Shown piece after piece: positions 29,203-39,400 of a stretch of DNA of 64,000 nucleotides. This DNA comes from an uncultured Marinoscillum sp. (GTDB lineage: Bacteria > Bacteroidota > Bacteroidia > Cytophagales > MED-G16): the NCBI GenBank assembly GCA_902628365.1, contig CACOMW010000003.1, forward strand, positions 697 to 64,696, given 5' to 3'. Position 1 is the first letter of the stretch. Each line of letters opens with the position of its first letter. A program made the translations under genes and the position numbers. The notes beneath the pieces were generated by a model. That model searched no databases. It saw nothing but the letters and a program-made list of their open reading frames with translations, and was not told the DNA's origin.

Positions 29203-30426
29203 CTATGATTTTTTTAACTTCAAAATAGTTATTTCAGGAAGAATTCCTACTCTACCAGGATACCCCATAAATCCAAAACCTCTATTAACATATATGTGTT
29301 GTTCATTTAAAGAATATAAATCTGCCCATTGCTTATAAGCCAATCTAACTGGACTAAGTCTAAATTTTCCAATATCTATACCATATTGTAAACCATGTGT
29401 GTGACCTGATAGTGTTAAATCTATATCCTTAAAATTACTGGTTACTTGTGCATTCCAATGTGATGGATTATGAGACATTAATAGCTTAAAATCATTTTTA
29501 TTGAGTCCATCATATGCTATATCGAGTTTTCCATATTGTTGAAATCTTCTGGATGCTGACCAATTTTCAACTCCTAAAATATTTATAGACTCTCCATCAA
29601 CAGTAATTTTTGTGTTTTCATTTCTAAGCAAATTCCAACCAAATTCCTTTTGAGCAATCAATAAATCATTAAAATTTTTGATTTTACTACTCTCATTTCT
29701 CCAACTAGTATATTCACCATAATCATGATTACCTAGTACGCTAAAAACACCTAATGGAGCATTTATTTTTGATAAATCATCTCCCCAACCAATTAGTTCT
29801 TTCGCTTTATCATTTACTAAATCTCCTGTAAAAAATATAATATCAGGTTTTTCATTCACAATCATATCTATACCTCCCCTAACTGCTAATCTATTTCTTA
29901 AACTTCCAACATGGATGTCAGATACATGGCATACTGTAATACCATCAAAAGCAATAGGCAACTTTTTTAATTTTATTTCTCTCCTTTTAATCCTATAATC
30001 ATAAACATTATTAGATAAAATACCATATGTAAGTGATGTAATTGGCAATCCATAAGCTAGGGATGCAGAAATACTTAGAAACTTTGATCTTGATATTTTC
30101 TTACTTGATTTTGATGATTTTTTTCTAAATATATAGATTATCAATCTCCTTAAATCATCAATTAGTATAAAAGGTAATGATAAAACTTTTGAGATAAAGT
30201 TTCCTATAATAATGTTAAATGTTATTGTTTTATAATAATAACCTAATTCAAACTGAAATGCATAAAGAAAAAAATTAGTTACAGTAATAATTGTAAAAGA
30301 CCAATAGACTGGAATTAAAAATTTTATCCACTTATTTTTATTATACTTTTTTACAATTTGATAGAAATAATAGTCAAAAAATATTGAAATTAAAGTGAAG
30401 AACAATAAAAAGGTTATTCTTTCCAT
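29203..30426 (-). CDS. Membrane-anchored metallophosphoesterase (YkuE/YaeI-like)
   Basis: SDIH, TGDLVN, GNHDY, SHNP, SGHTHG; N-terminal transmembrane helices. Confidence 0.9.
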   Translation of the reverse strand: MERITFLLFFTLISIFFDYYFYQIVKKYNKNKWIKFLIPVYWSFTIITVTNFFLYAFQFELGYYYKTITFNIIIGNFISKVLSLPFILIDDLRRLIIYIFRKKSSKSSKKISRSKFLSISASLAYGLPITSLTYGILSNNVYDYRIKRREIKLKKLPIAFDGITVCHVSDIHVGSLRNRLAVRGGIDMIVNEKPDIIFFTGDLVNDKAKELIGWGDDLSKINAPLGVFSVLGNHDYGEYTSWRNESSKIKNFNDLLIAQKEFGWNLLRNENTKITVDGESINILGVENWSASRRFQQYGKLDIAYDGLNKNDFKLLMSHNPSHWNAQVTSNFKDIDLTLSGHTHGLQYGIDIGKFRLSPVRLAYKQWADLYSLNEQHIYVNRGFGFMGYPGRVGILPEITILKLKKS

Positions 30427-30429
30427 CAG

Positions 30430-33400
30430 CTATGATAAACCTAAAAATCTATTTAATTTAACCTGAATTAAATACATTGATGGTATAACTAATAAGGTTA
30501 AAAAAGTTGCAAATGACAAACCAAAAATAATTGCCCAAGCAATTGGACCAAAAAAAACCATGTTATCACCCCCAAGGTAGAAACTTATTTCATAAAACTT
30601 AAAGAAATTTACAAAGTCAAAGTTCATGCCAATTGCTAACGGCATTAGCCCTAATATGGTTGTGAGAGCAGTAAGAATTACTGGTCTTAATCTTGTTTTA
30701 CCTGCATCTGATATACATTCAATTATATCTTTTAAATCAAGTTTAGAAGATTTGAGCATTTTTCTTTTTCTATTTAATTCAATAAAATCTATTAATACAA
30801 TTGCATTATTTACTACAATACCAATTAATGAAATTACACCAATCATTGTCATTACCACGACAAAATCCATTTTAAAAAGAAGTAAACCTAAAAACACTCC
30901 AATTGTACTTAATATTATAGAAGACATTATTATTAATGGAGTTATAATTTTATTGAACTGAGCTACTATTATTATAAATACTAAAAATAATGCTATCATA
31001 AAAGCATTTGATAAAAAGGCCATTTCTACTTCTTGTTCTTGTTGTTCACCCCCAAATTTATAAGTATATCCACTTGGAAAAGGAAACTTTTTTAGGGCCA
31101 TATCAATTTTAGAATTTACATTCGTAGGGTTATACCCAGAAGTAACATTTGATGAAATAGTAATAACTTTATCAAGATCTTTTCTCTTTATCGAACTGTA
31201 GGTATTTGACATTTTCATAGATGCAAATGAGCTTATTGGAACTTGATAAATTCTACCATTGGACTGATTTCTAAAAGTTATATTTTTATTTAATAATGCA
31301 TCAACATCATATCTAAACTTATCATCCAATCTTAACTGTATTTTATAATCATCTTCTCCAATTTTATATTTTGATAACTCTTTACCAAATAAAGATGTCC
31401 TTAGCTCGTTAGCTAGCATTCCAGTTGACATACCATATCTTCTAAGTTTATCTCTATCGAAATCAATTAAAATTTCAGGCTTTCTGGTTGAAAGGTCAAA
31501 GACTAATTTTTCAATACCAGGAATATTTGATTCATTAATATATTTTCTCATTTTTTCAACTTGGTCAATCAAAACATTAAAATCTGACCCAGAAACTTCA
31601 ATACTAATCTCTCCTCCAACAGGGGGTCCTTTTCTATCTTTTCCGAATGTTATACTTACCCCAGGATAAGTGTCAACATTAGATCTTAATTTATCAAGCA
31701 CATCGATGGTATTAATTCCATTTCTTTGCTCAAATTCTAAAAAATTGATTTTAATTTTTGCTCTATTAGGCGAATCTCTCATAGAAAGAGCTGATGGATC
31801 ATTTTCATTTAGGGTTCTTTTACCCACAAAAGTCACAACACTTTCTATAATTTCATTATAATCAATTAGTATTTTGTCAACTTCCTTCTCTAACATCTTT
31901 GTAAACAAATTAGTCTCCTCTATATCCGAACCAACTGGAAGCTCAATATATATATTTATATAATTAGGTCTATTTTCAGGGAAAAATAAAACTTTAGGTG
32001 GAAATAATTTAATAAGTTGAAATGTACCAATTAATAGAAATATAGAAAAAATAATAACATAAAAAGGTCTTTTACCACCTAATAAATAATTTAATAAAAT
32101 ACTATATCTATATTCTAATGCTTTTAAATATTTTTCTCTAAAAATTTTAGATAAAGGTATAAACACGTAATAATTAGAAATTATAAAAAATGAAATAAAC
32201 ATTAAAATATTTCCAACCCAATTAATTTTTAAAATTAAGATTGAAAATATTCCCAAAACAAATAAAATTAGTGAGTTTTTAATGTATTTAGATTTATCTT
32301 TTTTACCATTTCCTTCGATTTTCATTAAATAAGAAATTAAAACTGGATTAATTACCAGAGCAACAAACAAAGATGATAACAGAGTAACTATTATACCAAT
32401 AGGAAGAAAACTCATGAACTTTCCAGTTAATCCCGGCCAGAATGCCAAAGGAACAAAAACTGCTAATGTTGTTCCAGTTGAAGTAATAATAGGTAATGCT
32501 ATCTCTCCAATACCTAATTTTGTTGCTTCTATTCTTGTATAGCCTTTTTCTAAAAATCTATAGATATTTTCTGTTACTACAATTCCATTGTCAACTAATA
32601 AACCCAAGGAAATGACTAACGAAAAAAGTATCATCATATTTACAGTAATTCCGAATATTTGAAATACAAGAAAAGAAATACACATTGAAAGAGGTATTGA
32701 TAAACCAACAAATAATGCATTTCTCACACCAAGAAAAAACATTAGAACTAATACTACCAATATTACGCCACTAAAAATACTATTCTCTAAAGTACTTACT
32801 TGTTCTTTAGTATTTCTAGACTGATTGTTTACAATAATAATATCAATGTCTTTTGGAATTTGAGTTTTGAATTTAGAGATAATGGTGTTTACCTTATCAT
32901 TAAGTAATAAAAGGTTTGTTCCTGATCTTTTTGCAACATCAACTGCAACAACTGGTTTACCTCCAAGTCTAAAATAACTTTCAGATTCCTTGTATCCGAA
33001 ATCTACTTTTGCTACATCCTTTAAATATACTATTTTATCATTTTTATTAGATATAATTATATTTCTAAAATCTTCCATAGATTTAAATTCTCCAAATAAT
33101 CTAACTGATCGTCTAATATTATTAGATAATAAATTACCGCCAGAAACGGATACATTCTCATATAAAATAGCATTTTCAATATCAATAAAAGAAAGGTTTC
33201 TTGCTTCCAATTCAAATGGATTGACTTTAATAGAAACTTCTTTATCCTCTACTCCAGCAATAGAAACCTTAGATACATCAGTAATATTTTCAAGTTCATC
33301 CTTTAAGATTTCAGCATAGAATTCTAGCTTTTCTAAGGAATAATTTCCAGAAAGTGTCACACTCATAACAGGAAAATCTGAAAAGCTAACTTCATAGACA

Positions 33401-33822
33401 CTAGATTCTTTTGGTAGATCCGTAGGTAAATTAATTTTTGCCCTATCTACCGCATCATTCACTTTAGATTTTGCATATTCAATATCAATACCTGATCCAA
33501 ATTCTGCAACAATTGTTGAATAACCCTGTATAGAATTAGATCTTATTTCTTTAATTTCAGAAATGGTATTCAATTCCTTTTCTATAGGTCTAGTTATAAG
33601 ATTTTCTATATCTGTCGGTGAATTACCTGGATATGGTGTACCAATATAAACCGAGGACTGTTCTACTTCAGGATAACTTTCTTTAGGTAGGTTATTATAA
33701 GCTCTTGTTCCTAAAATAACAAGCATGATTAATAAAAGAACAACTGTTATTCTATTTTTTAGAGAAAAATTAGATAAACCAAATTGACGAATAACCTTAT
33801 CTCCTTTTTTATACTTGATCAT
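30430..33822 (-). CDS. RND efflux transporter permease (AcrB/AcrD/AcrF family)
   Basis: 1130 aa; LGLLVDNGIVVTENI, GIVVNNAIVL, RLRPVILTALTTILG. Confidence 0.95.
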   Translation of the reverse strand: MIKYKKGDKVIRQFGLSNFSLKNRITVVLLLIMLVILGTRAYNNLPKESYPEVEQSSVYIGTPYPGNSPTDIENLITRPIEKELNTISEIKEIRSNSIQGYSTIVAEFGSGIDIEYAKSKVNDAVDRAKINLPTDLPKESSVYEVSFSDFPVMSVTLSGNYSLEKLEFYAEILKDELENITDVSKVSIAGVEDKEVSIKVNPFELEARNLSFIDIENAILYENVSVSGGNLLSNNIRRSVRLFGEFKSMEDFRNIIISNKNDKIVYLKDVAKVDFGYKESESYFRLGGKPVVAVDVAKRSGTNLLLLNDKVNTIISKFKTQIPKDIDIIIVNNQSRNTKEQVSTLENSIFSGVILVVLVLMFFLGVRNALFVGLSIPLSMCISFLVFQIFGITVNMMILFSLVISLGLLVDNGIVVTENIYRFLEKGYTRIEATKLGIGEIALPIITSTGTTLAVFVPLAFWPGLTGKFMSFLPIGIIVTLLSSLFVALVINPVLISYLMKIEGNGKKDKSKYIKNSLILFVLGIFSILILKINWVGNILMFISFFIISNYYVFIPLSKIFREKYLKALEYRYSILLNYLLGGKRPFYVIIFSIFLLIGTFQLIKLFPPKVLFFPENRPNYINIYIELPVGSDIEETNLFTKMLEKEVDKILIDYNEIIESVVTFVGKRTLNENDPSALSMRDSPNRAKIKINFLEFEQRNGINTIDVLDKLRSNVDTYPGVSITFGKDRKGPPVGGEISIEVSGSDFNVLIDQVEKMRKYINESNIPGIEKLVFDLSTRKPEILIDFDRDKLRRYGMSTGMLANELRTSLFGKELSKYKIGEDDYKIQLRLDDKFRYDVDALLNKNITFRNQSNGRIYQVPISSFASMKMSNTYSSIKRKDLDKVITISSNVTSGYNPTNVNSKIDMALKKFPFPSGYTYKFGGEQQEQEVEMAFLSNAFMIALFLVFIIIVAQFNKIITPLIIMSSIILSTIGVFLGLLLFKMDFVVVMTMIGVISLIGIVVNNAIVLIDFIELNRKRKMLKSSKLDLKDIIECISDAGKTRLRPVILTALTTILGLMPLAIGMNFDFVNFFKFYEISFYLGGDNMVFFGPIAWAIIFGLSFATFLTLLVIPSMYLIQVKLNRFLGLS

Positions 33823-33827
33823 TTAAT

Positions 33828-34946
33828 TTAATTTTTAATCATAACATAAGAACCATCCATAACTTCAGACGAACCCTTATCAATAACAGTTTCATTTCCT
33901 TTCAATCCACTTATAACTTCTGTAGAATAATTGAAAGATCTTCCAATTAAAATTGGTATTTTTTTGGCGATTTTCTTTCCATCAAAATCTTCAACTATAA
34001 AAATATAATTAAGTCTATCATCTGAATAAATAATATTAGATGGAATAGTAATTGCATTATCATTTTTGTAATCAACAAGTTTAACTGTTAAAATTTGATT
34101 AGGTTTTACCGTTTCACTTAATTCTTGTGGTATAGCTACCTCAATAGAAAATGTTCTATTAATTGGATTGATAACTTGACTAATAGATTCAATGAAAGAA
34201 TTTATAATCATATTATTAGAAATAATTTTTACTGAATCTTTTACCTTGAATGAATTATTATATGATTCAGCTATTTCAATATTTATATACGAATAATTAT
34301 CATTAAACATCCTAAAAGAAGGCATAGATGGAGAAGCCATTTCACCTTCTTTTGCTAAAACATCATCAATAATTCCAGAGAAAGGAGCTAATATATTAAA
34401 CTTCGATGCTTGAACTTTGATAGAATTATACCTACTTTTTGTTGATTGAAAATTAGATTTTGCTCTTAAATAATCAATTTCAGAACCAATATTATTCTCC
34501 CACAAATTCTTTTGACGAAGATAAATGGTTTCTAGTAACTTCATATTTGTTTTAATTTCCTCTAAATTATTTTTTATTAAATCAGAGTTGATCGAAGCAA
34601 GAATTTCTCCTTTTTTTACAAGTTGTCCTTCTTTAACATTTATTGTCTTAAATCTACCAACTACTTCAGGTACTAATAAAATATTCTTTTTTGATTGAAC
34701 ATTTCCCCTTAATTCAACTTCATGAATAAAAGATTTATTTATTGGTTTAATTGTAGAAATTAATTCATAATTATTTTGAATAAAACTTGAGTCTAATTCA
34801 ATAATTTCTTTTTCTAACTTATCTATTTGCGAGTTTATTTCAACTAATGAATTTTTAAGTTGATCAACTTTCTTTTTTTTACTCTCTAATGATTGATTTT
34901 CACATGAAAATATTAAAGTAGTAAGTAAAAACAGTATTTTTTTCAT
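33828..34946 (-). CDS. RND periplasmic adaptor (MFP) lipoprotein
   Basis: Lipobox IFSC, coiled coil, VKEGQLVKKGE lipoyl-like motif, APFSG. Confidence 0.92.
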   Translation of the reverse strand: MKKILFLLTTLIFSCENQSLESKKKKVDQLKNSLVEINSQIDKLEKEIIELDSSFIQNNYELISTIKPINKSFIHEVELRGNVQSKKNILLVPEVVGRFKTINVKEGQLVKKGEILASINSDLIKNNLEEIKTNMKLLETIYLRQKNLWENNIGSEIDYLRAKSNFQSTKSRYNSIKVQASKFNILAPFSGIIDDVLAKEGEMASPSMPSFRMFNDNYSYINIEIAESYNNSFKVKDSVKIISNNMIINSFIESISQVINPINRTFSIEVAIPQELSETVKPNQILTVKLVDYKNDNAITIPSNIIYSDDRLNYIFIVEDFDGKKIAKKIPILIGRSFNYSTEVISGLKGNETVIDKGSSEVMDGSYVMIKN

Positions 34947-34957
34947 AATAATTTTAT

Positions 34958-36289
34958 TTAATTAAGTATACCTAAAGTTTTTTCTAAATTAATTTTTGAA
35001 ATAATTGCTTGATAATAAGCATTATAATAATTAGTCTGAGCTGTTTTTAATGCATTATTTGAATCTAAAACTTCTAAATTAGAACCAATCCCCTCTTTGT
35101 ATTTTTTTTCAGATACACTATATACCTCGTTAGCAAGAACTAAATTATCTTTTGAAATATTTAATGACTCAATTGCATTTTTGAGTTCTATGTAATTTTG
35201 ATTTATCTGTAAATCAATTGACCTTTCTAAAAATTTAATTTGATTTTCAACCTGTTGAATGACAATTTTAGATCTATTTATCTTACTTCTTTTATTTAAT
35301 CCATCAAAAATGGGAACAATTACCTGTAAACCAACGGTTCCATACTTTTTCCATCTATTTGAATTAAAAAAAAGATCATATTCAGAGCTTGATGTATTAA
35401 ATCCATAATTAAGATTTGCATAAATTTGAGGTAAAAATTGACTTCTATTATTTTTTAATTCATATGATTTCAAACGCTTATTTGTATTCAAAATAGAATG
35501 TTCAATCCTATCTGAATAATCAAAAGATTGTATATCATAATCATTAACAGATAAAATTACATCTTCAATTGATCCTTTAACTGATAATTTATTATTTACT
35601 GGAAATCCAATCTGAAATTTCAAAACCGATAGACTTAAATCATACAATCTTTCAGCTTTAATTTTTTCAGCATTTAAATTATTGAAAGATACTTTTATCC
35701 TATCAACATCTAATTTTTCAACAAACCCATTTTCATAAAGAATTTTCGTATCATTTAATAAGGATTCAATTCTATCTAAATTAGAATTAACTAAACTGAG
35801 TCTTTCTTTTGTATTAAGAACAACATAATATGCTTTTCTAACAGACTCAATTATATCAACTTTTGCTCTAACAGTTTGCTTTTCCGAAAGTTCTATTAAG
35901 GTTTTTGATGCTGCAAGACCAACAAAATATGAACCATTAAAAATCATTTGGTTTATACCTAAGTCCATTATTCCATCATATTTTTGACCAAAAGAAACTT
36001 CTTGTTCGGTTCCTTCAGGTACCCCAGGCATGAATTTACTTATATCAATTAAACTCTTTTGGATTTCAAAATTATATTTAAGACCAGTTTCAAACTGAAT
36101 TTGAGGAAAACCAACAGATAGATATTCTCTGCTTGTCATTTTAGATACGTTTTCTTCTAAAAAAGAATTTTTCAAGTTTTCATTATTAGATAAAGCCATT
36201 TGTAAACATTCATCTAAACTCAAAGAAGTATCTTGTCCAAATAAAAAACCTGGAAATAGAAAAAAAATAAGGATTGATAAATATTTCAT
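34958..36289 (-). CDS. TolC-family outer membrane efflux protein
   Basis: LSLDECLQMALSNN, PIFDG, YKEGIGSNLEVLD; first gene of the TolC-MFP-RND block. Confidence 0.93.
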   Translation of the reverse strand: MKYLSILIFFLFPGFLFGQDTSLSLDECLQMALSNNENLKNSFLEENVSKMTSREYLSVGFPQIQFETGLKYNFEIQKSLIDISKFMPGVPEGTEQEVSFGQKYDGIMDLGINQMIFNGSYFVGLAASKTLIELSEKQTVRAKVDIIESVRKAYYVVLNTKERLSLVNSNLDRIESLLNDTKILYENGFVEKLDVDRIKVSFNNLNAEKIKAERLYDLSLSVLKFQIGFPVNNKLSVKGSIEDVILSVNDYDIQSFDYSDRIEHSILNTNKRLKSYELKNNRSQFLPQIYANLNYGFNTSSSEYDLFFNSNRWKKYGTVGLQVIVPIFDGLNKRSKINRSKIVIQQVENQIKFLERSIDLQINQNYIELKNAIESLNISKDNLVLANEVYSVSEKKYKEGIGSNLEVLDSNNALKTAQTNYYNAYYQAIISKINLEKTLGILN

Positions 36290-36301
36290 ATTAATAAAAA
36301 C

Positions 36302-36345
36302 TTAGAAAACTATAATATTTCTTCCAGTTTCCTAACGCGAATGTA
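36302..36345 (-). promoter_or_regulatory. Putative TetR operator and -7 promoter upstream of tolC
   Basis: TTAGAAAACT-N14-AGTTTCCTAA inverted repeat (36302-36335). TACATTCG (minus strand, 36338-36345) lies just upstream. The same motif occurs before tetR. Confidence 0.7.
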
Positions 36346-36400
36346 GAATAGAAGTTTCATAAATTCTAATTTTTTGAGTAAAAATGAATACTGAATTTAA

Positions 36401-39400
36401 CTATCTCTTGATATAAACATACCCTTTTATGATATCCGAACCATCCCCCAAATCTATTATATAATAATATGTTCCTTCTGGTAATTTATTTCCAACTGTA
36501 TTTTTAGGGCTTGCATCAAGTGTTGATAAAAATGGAATATTATTTGAAGAAAAAGAATTAAACATATTTGTTCCATCCCATTCATTATAATACCCTTTTT
36601 TCTCATATACTTTTTCACCCCATCTATTAAATAATTTCACGATATTATTTGGATAAATTTGTAATCGAGCAATTCTCCATGTATCATTGATTCCATCACC
36701 ATTAGGTGAAAATCCTGTAGGCACATGCAATACTTTATCATAAACCTCCAATATAGATTCATCTGTTATAATTGTTTCACCACAAACAAATCCTGAATTA
36801 CGAATTATTAATTTGTATCTATACGTATGCATATACATTTCTAGTGGATAAATTTTCAACTCTGACGTATTAATTCCTTTATAGTTTACTTCATCAATTA
36901 GAGTATCTGATATTGTATTCCAAGTGAGCCCTAAATCCTTACTTTCTTGCCATTCATATGTAAAATCACCACTATTTATTCCTGTGTTTAAAACTAAAGT
37001 ATCAAATTCAACCAAAAAGTTATATAATTCAAATAAAGATAGAATTTCAATTTCGATACCAGGTTCTAAATAATCTTTCGTCCCATTAAAGTTATTGTCT
37101 ACAGGTATTGTATATCCGTCACTTGTTCCTATTACCTTACCTTCATTATCAACTTCCACTGGTGAATTACCCAATATACCATCACCATCTTCATCTGTAA
37201 AACCAGCCTCTATTACATCAGAACAACCGTCACCATCACTGTCTAAATCAAAATAATTAGGTATTCCATCACCATCAAAATCATCAACTCCTTCTTCAGT
37301 ATCTAAAATACCATCATTATCATCATCTAAATCAATTTCATCTGGTATTCCATCTCTTTCATAATCAGGAAGTACAGTTATTGTAAAAGTATCTGACTCT
37401 ATTGTAGAACCACATGGAAAAGACGGGGTAGATACAAATACTCTAAATATTCTTCCGTTATAATCTAAATGGGCATTTTCTACATAGTAACTTGAGGTTT
37501 GACTGGCTAAAAACTCCCAAGTCTTTCCAGTATCTTTACTTACCTGCCACAAATAGCCTGCACTTCCATCCGAAATGGTTTCTATATTTACAATACTGTC
37601 TTTCGATTCAATTACTCTAATATGTTTTGGTTGAGTTATTATACTTATAGAACTACCTTTTTCCTTGTAATCATAAATTAGATTAAAATCTTCATCAACT
37701 GGCTCGGTATATCCATCAACACCACTTATTACCCTACCAATACTATCAACTGTTATCGGTGAATCACCCAGTATACCATCACCGTCTCCATCTGTAAAAC
37801 CAGCCTCTACTACATCAAAACACCCATCATTATCTACATCTAGATCAAAATGATTAGGTATACCATCACCATCATCATCCAACGTAAATTCAAATTCATC
37901 TAAAATCCCATCATTATCATCGTCAACATCAATTCTATCTATCACTCCATCTGAATCATTATCCAGTATTATATCATAAATGGTTATAGAAACTTGATCA
38001 ATATCTTGCAGATAACTTCCATCAATCCACTTCCAGCCACCAGCAGGTTCTGAGTAACTTGAATCTGATGTGTCTTGATACAATCCTATCCAGGCAGGTG
38101 TCGTATTATTTCCAAGTAATTTAGTAGTCATCGTATCAAGTAATTTATTCTCTTGATATGATTTAATAATTGCTAAATTTCCACCTGCTAATTGTGCTGA
38201 AATCTTCGCATCACTCCATGATGATGTGGTCTTAGAAACAAAATAACTGTGTCCTGAGTACTGTCCTAAATAATCGTAATTAGCAAGATCAGTTAATAAA
38301 CTATCATACTCAAGAATATGTTTAGCAGAAAAACCATCTACATCATCTGCCCAAGGACCATTTCGATTAATATACATATAAGCAAAATTTTGTAATACTC
38401 CTGCGTCGTCAGGGTGAGTGTTAGACCAATTTACATAGTTATTTGAATTCACATTAATTACTTCGCTATTATCAACTATTAAATCATTTATTGAGTTGAT
38501 CTTAAAACTACCAGATATCGATCCATTTGGAATTGTAATGGTCATGGAATCTACATTATAATCTACTCCTTCAGTTGCAGAACCTGCTAAATTTATTTTA
38601 ACATTATAATCTTGATCATATACTGCACTTAATCTAGCCGTCACAGTAGCAATCTCATTGTATTCACTAATAGTATCTTTATCAACAAATAGTGATAATG
38701 ATACAGGCGGATTATCATTATCAACAATATTTATCGCTACTTGCTGAGTGCCTAGCTCATCAGCATTAGATACAGATGAAATATCAACAATTACTGTTTC
38801 ATTATTTTCGTCAATCAAATCTTCTATTGCTTTTACATCAACTCTAGTTGTCAATTGTCCAGCAGGGATTATGACAGGAGATAGTAAAGTATAGTCAACC
38901 CCAGCTCCAGTAGCAGTACCTGAAGTTGATAATGATATAGATACATTTTCGGAGACAAATTCATCTAATGTAAAAGTAAGAACAGAAACTCCTCCTGACT
39001 CAGATATAATTGATCTATCTAAACTCATTGAAACTTCAGGAGCTCCAAAAGCTGCATCAGCAATATTTATCATCACAAAACCCTGTGATGATCCAGGTTG
39101 AGCAATAGTTGCCCTGGCATTTGTAACACTAGAAATTCCAACAAGAATATTTTCATTTGTATCGTATATACCATCATCTTTCATTACAACTGATGTAGAT
39201 GAAGAGAGTGATCCAGCAGAAATAGTAATACTATTCGAGCTAAGATCGTAATCACTACCATTAGATGCTAACCCATCAGTTATTAAATTTACTGTAATAT
39301 CTTTAGATATTGGATTATCGATGGATGCAATGACATTAGCACTATTCGATAAAACCGATGAGCTCATCGCAGTACCTATGACTTTTGTTACAAATTTTGA

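Noticed and set aside
30060-30110. SRSKFL twin-arginine-like motif in the metallophosphoesterase
   Set aside because: Internal and lacking the RR pair; this family commonly has such a segment.
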